Source: an uncultured Mucispirillum sp.
Lineage (GTDB): Bacteria > Chrysiogenota > Deferribacteres > Deferribacterales > Mucispirillaceae
Length of the DNA: 51,835 bases
Direction of reading: 5' to 3'
Assembly (NCBI GenBank): GCA_910586745.1
Contig: CAJUJZ010000001.1
Location: forward strand, 1-51,835
Part shown: in pieces, positions 38,468 through 48,506 of the stretch
Numbering within the stretch: position 1 is the first letter of the stretch
How the letters are laid out: each line of letters starts with the position of its first letter
Translations under genes and position numbers: made by a program
Notes under the pieces: model-generated
What the model saw: the letters and a program-made list of their open reading frames with translations, nothing else
What the model was told of the DNA's origin: nothing
Database searches by the model: none

Positions 38468-39820
38468 ATGTTTAAAAAATTTACGCATGCTTGTGTTACT
38501 TTAGTTCATAAGTATCTGCCAGACCCATTTTTGTTTGCAGTTATTCTTACATTAGTGGTATTTGGAATTACTATGCCTGTAACAAATCAAGGACCATTAG
38601 AAGTGGTTGCCCACTGGGGTAGGGGTGCATGGGACCTTTTAGGTTTCTCAATGCAGATGGCTCTTGTGCTGGTTTTGGGACAGGCACTTGCAGGAGCACC
38701 TCTTTTTAAAAGACTTCTTTCAACTCTTGCTTCAGTTCCAAAAAGTCCTCAGCAGGCAATTATGCTTGTTACAATTGTTGGTTTGATTGCAAACTGGGTA
38801 AACTGGGGTTTTGGATTAGTAATAAGTGCTATATTTGCAAAAGAGCTGGCAAAAAAAGTAAAAGGTGTTGATTATCCACTTTTGATAGCTGCTGCATACT
38901 CTACTTTTGTAATATGGCATGCTGGTTTAAGCGGTTCTGTGCCTTTAACTGTTGCAGGCGGTGGAGAAGCAGTAACAAAAGCAACAGGTGGAATAATAAC
39001 AGAAGCTATCCCTACAAGTCTTACTTTATTTTCATCTTACAACCTTATTATGCTTGCAATTATATTTGTGTGTCTGCCTGTAATTATGGCTAAAATGATG
39101 CCGTCAAAAGATGAAGTTATAGAAATAGACCCTGCTCTTTTAGAAGATAATGAAGAAGATAAACCGCTTATAAAATCAGAACATACTCCATCTGAAAAAC
39201 TTGAAAACAGTGTTATAGTAACAATCCTTATATCCCTTATAGGAGTTACATGGATTATTTATTACTTCTATAAAGGCGGCGGTTTAGGTTTAAATATTAT
39301 CAATATGATATTTTTATTTGCAGGTATTATACTTCATAAAAGACCTATCAATTATGTTCGTGCAATAAGTCATGCAACAAAAAGTGCTGCAGGTATTATA
39401 TTACAGTTTCCTTTTTATGCAGGTATTATGGGTATGATGGTTGGAACAAGCCCAGAGGGTGTTTCTCTGGCAGGCTCAATTTCTAATGCATTTGTAAATA
39501 TTGCCAATGCAGATACTTTTCCTATATTTACATTTTTATCCGCAGGTATTGTCAATGTCTTTGTGCCATCAGGTGGTGGACAGTGGGCAGTGCAGGCTCC
39601 TATTATGATGCCTGCTGCTAAAGAGCTTGGAGTAGATTACTCTGTTACAGCTATGGCTATCGCATGGGGGGATGCATGGACAAATATGATACAGCCGTTT
39701 TGGGCACTGCCTGCATTAGGAATAGCTGGATTAGGTGCAAGAGACATTATGGGATACTGTATTATAACCCTTATCTTTGTAGGTTTGGTTGTATGCGGTG
39801 GTTTTTTCTTATTAACTTAA
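38468..39820 (+). CDS. atoE: Short-chain fatty acid transporter
   Basis: YLPDPF, FSMQMAL, NWGFGLV, FVPSGGGQWAVQ, WGDAWTNMIQPFWALP. Confidence 0.93.
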   Translation: MFKKFTHACVTLVHKYLPDPFLFAVILTLVVFGITMPVTNQGPLEVVAHWGRGAWDLLGFSMQMALVLVLGQALAGAPLFKRLLSTLASVPKSPQQAIMLVTIVGLIANWVNWGFGLVISAIFAKELAKKVKGVDYPLLIAAAYSTFVIWHAGLSGSVPLTVAGGGEAVTKATGGIITEAIPTSLTLFSSYNLIMLAIIFVCLPVIMAKMMPSKDEVIEIDPALLEDNEEDKPLIKSEHTPSEKLENSVIVTILISLIGVTWIIYYFYKGGGLGLNIINMIFLFAGIILHKRPINYVRAISHATKSAAGIILQFPFYAGIMGMMVGTSPEGVSLAGSISNAFVNIANADTFPIFTFLSAGIVNVFVPSGGGQWAVQAPIMMPAAKELGVDYSVTAMAIAWGDAWTNMIQPFWALPALGIAGLGARDIMGYCIITLIFVGLVVCGGFFLLT

Positions 39821-39842
39821 AAATATTTTGTGAGGTGATAAA

Positions 39843-41024
39843 ATGAGAGATGTATATTTAGTTGCGGCATGCCGCACTCCAATAGGCAATTTTAATGGTG
39901 GATTAGCACCTTTGAGAGCACATGAATTAGGCTCTATTGCAATAAAAGAAGTATTAAACAGAGCAGGCATTAAACCTGAGCAGGTAGATGAAGTAATATT
40001 TGGTAATGTTTTGCAGGCAGGTGAAAAACAAGGTCCTGCAAGGCAGGCATCTATTAATGCAGGTATTCCTGTTGAAACACCAGCTTATTCTATAAATATC
40101 TTATGTGGTTCAGGTCTGAAATCTGTTATTTTAGCAGCTCAAAGTATAATGCTTGGTGAAAGTGATATTATTGTGGCAGGTGGTATGGAAAGTATGACTA
40201 ATGCCCCTTACAGTCTTGATAAAGCAAGAAGCGGTTACCGAATGGGACACGGCACATTAAATGATACTATGATAAGCGATGGCTTAACAGATGCTTTTAA
40301 TGATTATCATATGGGTATTACTGCTGAAAATTTAGCTGAAAAATATAATCTTTCTATGGACGAACAAAATGAATTTGCTCTTTCAAGCCAGCACAAAGCT
40401 CAAAAAGCTATTGAAGAAGGCAGATTTAATGATGAAATAGTACCAGTAACTATTAAAACAAGAAAAGGTGATGTTGTAATAGATAAAGATGAGTTTCCAA
40501 GAAAAGATGCAACTATTGAAGGGCTTTCAAAACTTAAACCAGCATTTAAAAAAGAAGGCACTGTAACAGCAGGCAATGCATCAGGTATTAATGACGGTGC
40601 TGCTGCAATAGTTTTAGCAAGTGAAGAAGCAGTTAAAAAATATGGTTTGAAACCTGTTGCAAAATATATTTCTTCAGCAACAGCAGGGGTGGAGCCATCT
40701 ATTATGGGGATAGGACCTGTTCCCGCAGTTAAAAAAGCATTAGATAAAGGTGGCTTGAAACTTTCAGATATAGGGCTTATAGAAGCAAATGAAGCTTTTG
40801 CTGCTCAGTCATTAAGTGTAGGAAAAGAGCTTGGATTTAATACTGACATATTAAATGTAAATGGCGGAGCAATAGCTTTAGGACACCCTATTGGTGCAAG
40901 TGGTGCCAGAATATTAACAACTTTGCTTTATGAAATGAAAAGAAGAAATACAGATAAAGGGCTTGCTACTTTATGTGTAGGCGGCGGAATGGGCGTTGCT
41001 CTTATAGTAGAGCTTGTAAAATAA
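39843..41024 (+). CDS. atoB: Acetyl-CoA acetyltransferase (thiolase)
   Basis: [31 protein letters not shown]. Confidence 0.93.
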   Translation: MRDVYLVAACRTPIGNFNGGLAPLRAHELGSIAIKEVLNRAGIKPEQVDEVIFGNVLQAGEKQGPARQASINAGIPVETPAYSINILCGSGLKSVILAAQSIMLGESDIIVAGGMESMTNAPYSLDKARSGYRMGHGTLNDTMISDGLTDAFNDYHMGITAENLAEKYNLSMDEQNEFALSSQHKAQKAIEEGRFNDEIVPVTIKTRKGDVVIDKDEFPRKDATIEGLSKLKPAFKKEGTVTAGNASGINDGAAAIVLASEEAVKKYGLKPVAKYISSATAGVEPSIMGIGPVPAVKKALDKGGLKLSDIGLIEANEAFAAQSLSVGKELGFNTDILNVNGGAIALGHPIGASGARILTTLLYEMKRRNTDKGLATLCVGGGMGVALIVELVK

Positions 41025-41039
41025 ATACGGAGTATTTTT

Positions 41040-41690
41040 ATGAAAAATAAAATGATTTCAATAGAAGAAGCTGCAAATATGCTTAAAAGCGGTATGACAG
41101 TAATGGCTGGCGGTTTTCTTGGCGTTGGTGGTCCTAATAAGATTATGGATGTTATTGCAGAAAAAGATATAAAAGATTTAACTCTTATTGCAAATGATAC
41201 TGCTTTTATAGATACAGGTATAGGCAAACTTGTTGCAAAAAAAATGCTTAAAAAAGTTATAGCATCTCATATAGGAACAAATAAAGAAACAGGAAACCAA
41301 ATGAATTCAGGCGAGCTTGAAGTGGAGCTTTCCCCACAAGGAACTTTGGCAGAGCGTGTAAGAGCAGGTGGATATGGACTTGGCGGCATTTTAACGCCAA
41401 CAGGGATAGATACCGTAGTTGAAGATGGCAAACAGATTATTGAATCAGATGGTAAAAAATATATTCTTGAAAAGCCTTTAAAAGCAGAAATAGCATATTT
41501 GAAAGGTGCAAAAGCGGATAAAGACGGAAATATATTCTGTGCTAAATCAACTAAAAATTTCAATGCACTTATGGCATTTGCTGCTGATATTGTAGTTGTG
41601 GAAGTAGAAGAAATCATGGAAAGTGGCAATTTAGACCCAGAAATAATAACCATACCTTGTGTATTGGTAGATTATTTAGTTAAAGCATAG
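41040..41690 (+). CDS. atoD: Acetate/butyrate CoA-transferase alpha subunit
   Basis: MAGGFLGVG, IANDT, SHIGTN, PQGTLAERVRAGG.G. Confidence 0.9.
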   Translation: MKNKMISIEEAANMLKSGMTVMAGGFLGVGGPNKIMDVIAEKDIKDLTLIANDTAFIDTGIGKLVAKKMLKKVIASHIGTNKETGNQMNSGELEVELSPQGTLAERVRAGGYGLGGILTPTGIDTVVEDGKQIIESDGKKYILEKPLKAEIAYLKGAKADKDGNIFCAKSTKNFNALMAFAADIVVVEVEEIMESGNLDPEIITIPCVLVDYLVKA

Positions 41691-41700
41691 GAAGTGTATT

Positions 41701-42351
41701 ATGGACGCAAAAACAATTATAGCAAAAAGAGTAGCAAAAGAAATAAAAGATGGTGATTTTATAAATTTAGGAATAGGTATTCCTACTATGGTAGTAAATC
41801 ATATTCCATCTGATATGAAAGTTATTCTTCATTCAGAAAACGGGTTTATAGGGTTAGGACCAACTCCAGAGCCAGACAAAGCAGACAAAGACATAAGCAA
41901 TGCAGGTGGTCAGCCTGCATCCATTGTTCCGGGTGGTATGTTTTTTGACAGTGCATTTTCATTTGGTCTTGTAAGAGGTGGTCATCTTGATGCAACAGTA
42001 TTAGGTGCATTACAGGTTGACAGTGAAGGTAATCTTGCAAACTGGAATATTCCGGGAAAAATGGTTCCTGGTATGGGTGGTGCTATGGATTTGGTTGTAG
42101 GTGCTAAAAAAGTTATTTTAGCAATGGAACATACTGCAAAAGGAAATCCTAAAATACTTCCTAAATGCACTCTTCCATTAACAGCTTCTGAATGTGTTGA
42201 TATGATAGTTACAGAAATGGCTGTTTTTAAAATAGAAAATAAAAAAATGATGCTTATTGAGCATGCGGAAAATGTAACACTGGAAGATATAAAAGCTGTT
42301 ACTACAGCAGAATATTCTGTATCTCCTGATTTAAAAGTAATGGAGCTTTAA
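41701..42351 (+). CDS. atoA: Acetate/butyrate CoA-transferase beta subunit
   Basis: NLGIGIPT, HSENG catalytic Glu, PGMGGAMDLV. Confidence 0.9.
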   Translation: MDAKTIIAKRVAKEIKDGDFINLGIGIPTMVVNHIPSDMKVILHSENGFIGLGPTPEPDKADKDISNAGGQPASIVPGGMFFDSAFSFGLVRGGHLDATVLGALQVDSEGNLANWNIPGKMVPGMGGAMDLVVGAKKVILAMEHTAKGNPKILPKCTLPLTASECVDMIVTEMAVFKIENKKMMLIEHAENVTLEDIKAVTTAEYSVSPDLKVMEL

Positions 42352-42357
42352 TTTTTT

Positions 42358-43365
42358 ATGGATATACTGCAGGAATTTAAAAATAAAGCAAAAAACAGAT
42401 ATAGGCATATAGTTCTGCCAGAAGGTTATGATGATAGAACAATTCAAGCAGCAGTAAAAATATGTGAGGAGGGCATTGCCCGCCTCACTGTTTTAGGTAA
42501 TGAAGATGAAATTAAAAAAGGGCTTCTAAACTATGGTCTGAAAAAGGAATATATAGACAGCAAAAAATTGACTGTTATAAATCCTTTAAACTCCCCTTAC
42601 CTGCAAGAGTGGACAGATATATACTATCAATCTCGCAAGTCAAAAGGGCTTACTATGGAAGAAGCTGAATCATCTATGAAAAATAATTTGTTTTTTGGCT
42701 CAATGCTTGTAAAACAAAAAATATGTGATGGACTTGTGGCAGGAGCAGCAAACACTACAAGCGATGTTCTTCGTTCGGCACTGCGGATAATAGGTGTAAA
42801 AAAAGGGCTTAATACTGTTTCTTCTTATTTCATTATAGTTACAAAAAATGAAAAGTTTGGAATAAACGGCATTCTTTTATTTGCAGATAGTGCAGTAAAC
42901 CCAAACCCAGATGCACCTATGCTTGCAGATATTGCAGAAAGCACCGCTGAAAGCTGTAAAAAGATGATGGGAGTAGATGCAGTAGTTGCTATGCTTTCAT
43001 TTTCCACAAAAGGCAGTGCGAAAACAGCAGAAACGGAAAAAGTGGCACAAGCTGCTCAAATATTAAAGGAAAGATGTCCTAATATAGCAGTAGATGGAGA
43101 AATGCAGCTTGATGCGGCACTTATAGATGAAGTAGGCAGGCGGAAAGCACCAGAAAGTGAAGTTGCAGGCAAAGCAAATGTTTTAATATTTCCTAATCTT
43201 GATGCAGGAAATATTGGATATAAATTAGTGGAAAGAATAGCTGAAGCAACAGCTATAGGTCCCATAATACAAGGGCTTAACAGTCCTGTAAATGATTTAT
43301 CCCGTGGCTGTTCAGTTTATGATATAGTAAATGTAACAGCTATAACGGCAGTGCAGGTGGAATGA
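42358..43365 (+). CDS. pta: Phosphate acetyltransferase
   Basis: IVLPEG, LSFSTKGSA, DGEMQLDAA, FPNLDAGNIGYK, DLSRGCS. Confidence 0.95.
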   Translation: MDILQEFKNKAKNRYRHIVLPEGYDDRTIQAAVKICEEGIARLTVLGNEDEIKKGLLNYGLKKEYIDSKKLTVINPLNSPYLQEWTDIYYQSRKSKGLTMEEAESSMKNNLFFGSMLVKQKICDGLVAGAANTTSDVLRSALRIIGVKKGLNTVSSYFIIVTKNEKFGINGILLFADSAVNPNPDAPMLADIAESTAESCKKMMGVDAVVAMLSFSTKGSAKTAETEKVAQAAQILKERCPNIAVDGEMQLDAALIDEVGRRKAPESEVAGKANVLIFPNLDAGNIGYKLVERIAEATAIGPIIQGLNSPVNDLSRGCSVYDIVNVTAITAVQVE

Positions 43366-44597
43366 TGTTAATATTAACTTTAAATTGTGGCAGCTCATCT
43401 CTCAAATGTCAATTATATGATGAAGCATCTGATAAAATAATTGCAAAAGCTGCAGCAGATAGAATAGGGCTTAGTGGTGCTGTTATCAGTGTAAAAAGTG
43501 ATAACGGCGAAATAAATGTAAAAGATAAAGTTATTACAGACCATGAAGAAGCTATTGAAAGCATATTAAAGTGTTTTAAAGATTCTGCTGTTCTAAAAGA
43601 TATAAATGAAATAGAAGCAGCTGGGCACAGAATTGTTCATGGCGGAGATTTATTCCAAAAAAGCACACTAATTAATGAAAGTGTTATACAGCAGATAGAA
43701 TCAATCTCGCATCTTGCACCTTTGCATAATCCAGCAAATATTCTGGGTATAAGAGTATTGCAAAAAATACTTCCAAATATATCTCATGTCGCAGTATTTG
43801 ATACAGCATTTCACTCAAGTATTCCAGAAAAGGCATATAGATATGCAGTTTGTGATGAATGGTATAGTAAATACAAAGTAAGGCGTTACGGATTTCACGG
43901 TTCAAGCCATCTGTATGTATCAAAAAGAACTGCTAAAATGCTTGGCAAACCTGCCAGTGAGTGCAATATGATTATTCTACATGTTGGAAATGGTGCAAGT
44001 ATAACAGCTGTGGAAAACGGGCTTTCAGTAGATACATCTATGGGGATGACACCTCTTGAAGGGCTTACTATGGGCACACGATGTGGCGATATTGATGCCT
44101 CAGTTCCAGCTTTTATTGCTAAAATGACTGGAAAATGTATTGAAGATGTAAATGAAATTCTTTATAAACAGTCTGGACTTCTTGGAATAACAGGTAAATA
44201 TTCTGACAGAAGAGATATAGAAGCAAATATGGAAACAGATATGCTGTGTAAGTTAGCTGTTGATATGGAATGTTACAGATTAAAAAAATACATAGGTTCT
44301 TATATGGCTGTTTTAAACAAAGTAGATGCTTTATCATTTACTGGTGGAGTTGGTGAAAATTCATCTTTAATTAGGGAAAAAACTCTTGAAAATCTTGAAT
44401 ATCTGGGTATTGAGATTGACAAAGAAAAAAATAGAAATTTAAAGCGGGGAGTAGAAACAGAAATATCTGCAAGCTCGTCAAAAATAAAAGTATTTGTTAT
44501 CCCAACAGATGAAGAGATTGTTCTTACAGAAGATGTAATTGCAGTGTTAGATGGTAAATATAAAGACCACTCATCTTATATCTATTCATTTTTATAA
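43362..44597 (+). CDS. ackA: Acetate kinase
   Basis: LNCGSSSLK, GHRIVHGG, FDTAFH, RRYGFHG, FTGGVGEN. Confidence 0.95.
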   Translation: MMLILTLNCGSSSLKCQLYDEASDKIIAKAAADRIGLSGAVISVKSDNGEINVKDKVITDHEEAIESILKCFKDSAVLKDINEIEAAGHRIVHGGDLFQKSTLINESVIQQIESISHLAPLHNPANILGIRVLQKILPNISHVAVFDTAFHSSIPEKAYRYAVCDEWYSKYKVRRYGFHGSSHLYVSKRTAKMLGKPASECNMIILHVGNGASITAVENGLSVDTSMGMTPLEGLTMGTRCGDIDASVPAFIAKMTGKCIEDVNEILYKQSGLLGITGKYSDRRDIEANMETDMLCKLAVDMECYRLKKYIGSYMAVLNKVDALSFTGGVGENSSLIREKTLENLEYLGIEIDKEKNRNLKRGVETEISASSSKIKVFVIPTDEEIVLTEDVIAVLDGKYKDHSSYIYSFL

Positions 44598-44604
44598 TTA
44601 TATA

Positions 44605-44638
44605 TATTTCAACCCATAATGTTATATGGGTTGAAATA
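44605..44638. terminator. Terminator hairpin after ackA
   Basis: TATTTCAACCCAT...ATGGGTTGAAATA. Confidence 0.75.
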
Positions 44639-44700
44639 CTGCATATTACATAAATGTATAATCATTATAAGCAAAGCGAATAATCTATTCATCTGAAATT

Positions 44701-45136
44701 TTAAAATAATCTGTCCCCCTCGCATATTTTTTTGGAAAGAATATTTATAACTATATAATAATAAAAATAAAATGCATGCAAAGTTTAAAAATAGAGCTTA
44801 AAAATTAGTATATATTAATATGTCTTAATATCTGATTTTATAAGAATGCTCCCATGTTATTTTATTCTCTTTGCAACTTAATTTCTTATGAGCTGTTTTT
44901 ATGGAATGATTTGCTGACTGCTTGTCTGAACGAAGTGAGTTGAGCAGCAAAGGAATTGGAGCATAAGGAATAAAATAACGAAAACTTTAATTCTTGAGAT
45001 GTGCGGCGGCAGGATAGTTTAAGATATTTTACATATACATATTAATTAATAAAATAATTATTACATATTTTATTAATAACAGTTTTTTTAACCATAGCTC
45101 AAAAAAATGGTGTAAAACAGTAAAATATTCACTTGA
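44701..45136. repeat. Foldback repeat element A, copy 2 (short-core form, inverted)
   Basis: Reverse complement aligns with both arms of 16667-17315; core 44901-44952 is much shorter. Confidence 0.85.
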
Positions 45137-45167
45137 CATTTCCTATAAAATAAAAATATATAACAAT

Positions 45168-46004
45168 ATGAATAAAGTAAAAATCATATTAATTATTACA
45201 GTTTTATTATTATTTGCAGGCTGTGAAAAATATTTTTTCTTTCCAAAACAGCAGCTTTTTTATATGCCTGAAACATGTGCAAACAGCCCTGAAAATATTC
45301 TTGTGGAAACAAAGGAAGGCAAGCTTCTCCACAGCTGGTATTTTAAAACAAAAATAAAAAATCCTAAAGGCACAGTATTTTTTCTCCATGGCAATTCAAA
45401 TAATATAAGCACAGAAAGTGTTGCAATGATGTGGCTTGTAGATAAAGGATATAATGTATTAACCTTTGATTACAGAGGATATGGCATATCTCAAGGCAAG
45501 CCTGATATAAAAGGTGTTCTGCAAGACGGTTTAGAATATACAGAAGCAGTATTTAAAGATAACAAAGTAGATAAAAGAAATATGGTGCTTTATGGTCAGA
45601 GTTTAGGCGGGGCAGTAGCTGCTCATATTGCAAGGTATTCCCCTTATGCAGATAAATTTAAAGTTCTTGTTTTAGAATCATCGTTTACATCATGGAGAAG
45701 TATTGCAAAAGAAGTGGCAGCAAGTAATTTTTTTACATATATATGGCAGTATGCTGTTACATGGAGTATACCAAAAGAGTATTCTTCACTTGATAACTTA
45801 AAAAACAGTAAAATCAAAAATACTATTATTATACATTCAGAAGCAGATAAACTTGTAAAGTTTGATAATGGAGAGGCACTATATAAAACAGCAAAAGAGC
45901 CAAAAATGATTCTGAAAGATGATTTTTCTAATCATGCACAAATTATCAGCAACCCACGGATAAGAAAAGATTTTTTAAATGCTCTTGATTTATATTTAAA
46001 GTAA
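45168..46004 (+). CDS. Alpha/beta hydrolase lipoprotein (YfhR/ABHD-like)
   Basis: Lipobox FAG-C, LHGN, FDYRGYG.S.G, GQSLGG, HSEAD, C-terminal His. Confidence 0.88.
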   Translation: MNKVKIILIITVLLLFAGCEKYFFFPKQQLFYMPETCANSPENILVETKEGKLLHSWYFKTKIKNPKGTVFFLHGNSNNISTESVAMMWLVDKGYNVLTFDYRGYGISQGKPDIKGVLQDGLEYTEAVFKDNKVDKRNMVLYGQSLGGAVAAHIARYSPYADKFKVLVLESSFTSWRSIAKEVAASNFFTYIWQYAVTWSIPKEYSSLDNLKNSKIKNTIIIHSEADKLVKFDNGEALYKTAKEPKMILKDDFSNHAQIISNPRIRKDFLNALDLYLK

Positions 46005-46094
46005 AAAATGCTTAAAAACAGTATGATAAATAGGTTGACAAAATATATTTTCAATGATAGAAGTAAAAAAAGAATTTTTTTAGGAGGAATATAC

Positions 46095-46553
46095 ATGAAA
46101 AAAGTTTTTTTAGTATTACTCATTGTATCTATAATGGCACCAGCTGCATTTGCAGGTGCAGTTAGAAATAATGCTGGTTGTGGTATCGGAACATTATTAT
46201 TTGAATCTATTGGCAAACCTAACGGTGGCTGGTTACTTCAAATGACAGCTTCTTGGACTAACTCAACATTATCAAATACTTTCTCTATGACTACTGGAAC
46301 AATCAACTGTCAAGGTTCAATTAATAAAGTAGTCAGCACAGAAGTTTATGAATTTGTTACTGATAATATGGATAATCTTGCTAAAGATATAGCTATGGGT
46401 CACGGGGACACTATTAATTCTTTAGGCACTATGCTTGCTGTTAAAGATATAGATGCTTTCGCAAACAAATTACAGGCTAATTTCAGCGATATTTTCCCTA
46501 ATGCAGATGTTCAATCTGATTCAGTTGCTAATAAAATTGTAGCACTCAGCTAA
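46095..46553 (+). CDS. DUF3015-like exported protein
   Basis: AGGAGG RBS, signal peptide, AGCGIG...TFSMTTGTINC...NMDNLAKDIAMGHG. Confidence 0.85.
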   Translation: MKKVFLVLLIVSIMAPAAFAGAVRNNAGCGIGTLLFESIGKPNGGWLLQMTASWTNSTLSNTFSMTTGTINCQGSINKVVSTEVYEFVTDNMDNLAKDIAMGHGDTINSLGTMLAVKDIDAFANKLQANFSDIFPNADVQSDSVANKIVALS

Positions 46554-46563
46554 TTAACATAAT

Positions 46564-46590
46564 GATGGCATTTTATGCCATCTTTATTTT
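46564..46590 (+). terminator. Hairpin/terminator between DUF3015 and DUF4105 genes
   Basis: GATGGCA-TTTTA-TGCCATC followed by TTTATTTT. Confidence 0.6.
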
Positions 46591-46592
46591 CT

Positions 46593-48503
46593 ATGAAATA
46601 TAAGATATTTCCACTATTTATTTTTATATTTATTCTCATTTTATTTCCAGTATTTTCTCAAGCAGAGCCAAGCCAGTATGGTAAAAAAATGGCAGAAAAA
46701 GCATTAAATGAAAAAATATATGATGAAAGAATGTGGCATGTGCTTATGGAGTATAAAAAGCCAGCAGGTAGAAAGCTGAGAAGTTTAGTAGATGATGAAA
46801 AATTCTTTTTAGCAGAAAATGGTAAATATTCGCCAAAAGATGAGCTTGAAGCTACTATACTTTCTTTATTTAATAATGATTTATCAAAAAATGATGATAA
46901 CAGTCACCCAGTATGTGTTTTTGCAGGCAGACGGGAATGGTTAGTGGAAAGGCTCAATATAGATAGAAATAAACTGCCTGAAAAATCATGCACTAAATAT
47001 AATGAATTTAAAAAAAAGATGGACCCTGCAAGTGTAACAGTAATATTTCCATTTATGTATCTTAAAAACCCTGCCAGTATGTTTGGACATACTATGATTA
47101 GAATAAATAATTCCAGCAATGACCCGCTTACTTCTTACAGTGTAACTTTTGCAGCTGATATGCCAGAAGATGTTAATGGAATTGAATATGTTACATTAGG
47201 TTTATTTGGTGGTTATTTTGGCTATTTTACCATTAAAGAATATTACAAAACTATATTTGAATATGGTAATATGGAAAACAGAGATATTTGGGAATATGAT
47301 TTAAATCTTACAAAAGATGAAACAATAAAACTTTTTAATCATTTATGGGAAATGCAGGGTATTGGCAGTGATTACTATTTTTTTGATGAAAACTGCTCAT
47401 ATAATATGCTTATGCTGTTAGAATCCGCCCGTCCTGATTTATATTTATCTACAAGTATATTGTGGGAAGCTCCAACAGATACTATAAAAAAAATCAAAAA
47501 GAGCGGTTTAATAGATGATAAAAAATACAGACCATCCCATATAAAAATATTAGAAATATACTCTAAAGGACTGCCAAATAAAGCAGTTACACTTGCTCAG
47601 GATGTGGCAAAAGGAAAAAAAAATATTGAAGATATTAATAACAGTAATTATTCAGTAGAAGAAAAAGCCGCTATATATGATTTAGCAATAGAGGCTATGC
47701 GGTTTAATTTTCTGCAAAAAGAATATCTTACAGAACAGATAGTTAAAGATTATCAGGCAAATACAATAAACATACTTGCAAACAGGGCAAAGCTTGGGGT
47801 AGTAAGCCATAAAAAAATAGATGAGCCCGGCTCTCCTGATGAAGGTCATAATATCACACGAATAAGTATTGGAGTGGGGGCAGAAAATTTTAAAGATTTT
47901 TATACTGAAGCAGGATTTAAATTAGGTTTTCATGATTTAGATGATATAGATAAAGGGTTTATACAAAACAGCCAGCTTACTGTATTAGATGTAAATGTCA
48001 GGTGGAACACACGCACAAATGAAGTAACTGTGCCTGAAGCAGCATTATTAAGGTTTTCATCATATTCACCTGTAAGCCGTATGTCCAAATCACTTTCTTG
48101 GAAAATAGAAGCAGCAGGAGAGGAAAGGGATTATAAAAATGGCAGTTTTTTTACTCCATATATAAGTGGCGGCATTGGAGTTACTTTTGCAGATGGCGGT
48201 TTTTCATCCTGGATTATGGCAGATGTAGATTTAGCTTTTTCTGAAGGTTATAACCCTTACTGGACAGGGCTTGGTTTTGGCGGCGATGTTGGTTTAATGT
48301 ATAGCTTTATTGGAGGTAAGTTTTTAGCCCGCGGTTATTACAGATATTTTGTGCTGGAAAATCTTGGTGCAGAATTTGGCGGTAATTTTACTTATACTAT
48401 TCCTGTGACACAAAATAACTCAATAGAGATAAAATATGCTTATAAAAATCACTGGGAAATAGAAAACCATGATATAGGATTGTCATGGCGTTTCTATTTT
48501 TAA
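46593..48503 (+). CDS. DUF4105 domain protein with C-terminal beta-barrel
   Basis: Signal peptide; PASMFGHT.IRI, ENRDIWEY.L, YYFFDENCSY; amphipathic strands ending WRFYF. Confidence 0.85.
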   Translation: MKYKIFPLFIFIFILILFPVFSQAEPSQYGKKMAEKALNEKIYDERMWHVLMEYKKPAGRKLRSLVDDEKFFLAENGKYSPKDELEATILSLFNNDLSKNDDNSHPVCVFAGRREWLVERLNIDRNKLPEKSCTKYNEFKKKMDPASVTVIFPFMYLKNPASMFGHTMIRINNSSNDPLTSYSVTFAADMPEDVNGIEYVTLGLFGGYFGYFTIKEYYKTIFEYGNMENRDIWEYDLNLTKDETIKLFNHLWEMQGIGSDYYFFDENCSYNMLMLLESARPDLYLSTSILWEAPTDTIKKIKKSGLIDDKKYRPSHIKILEIYSKGLPNKAVTLAQDVAKGKKNIEDINNSNYSVEEKAAIYDLAIEAMRFNFLQKEYLTEQIVKDYQANTINILANRAKLGVVSHKKIDEPGSPDEGHNITRISIGVGAENFKDFYTEAGFKLGFHDLDDIDKGFIQNSQLTVLDVNVRWNTRTNEVTVPEAALLRFSSYSPVSRMSKSLSWKIEAAGEERDYKNGSFFTPYISGGIGVTFADGGFSSWIMADVDLAFSEGYNPYWTGLGFGGDVGLMYSFIGGKFLARGYYRYFVLENLGAEFGGNFTYTIPVTQNNSIEIKYAYKNHWEIENHDIGLSWRFYF

Positions 48504-48506
48504 AAT

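Noticed and set aside
39666..39671. G6 run in atoE as a slippage site
   Set aside because: Short, and largely dictated by the conserved W-G-D codons
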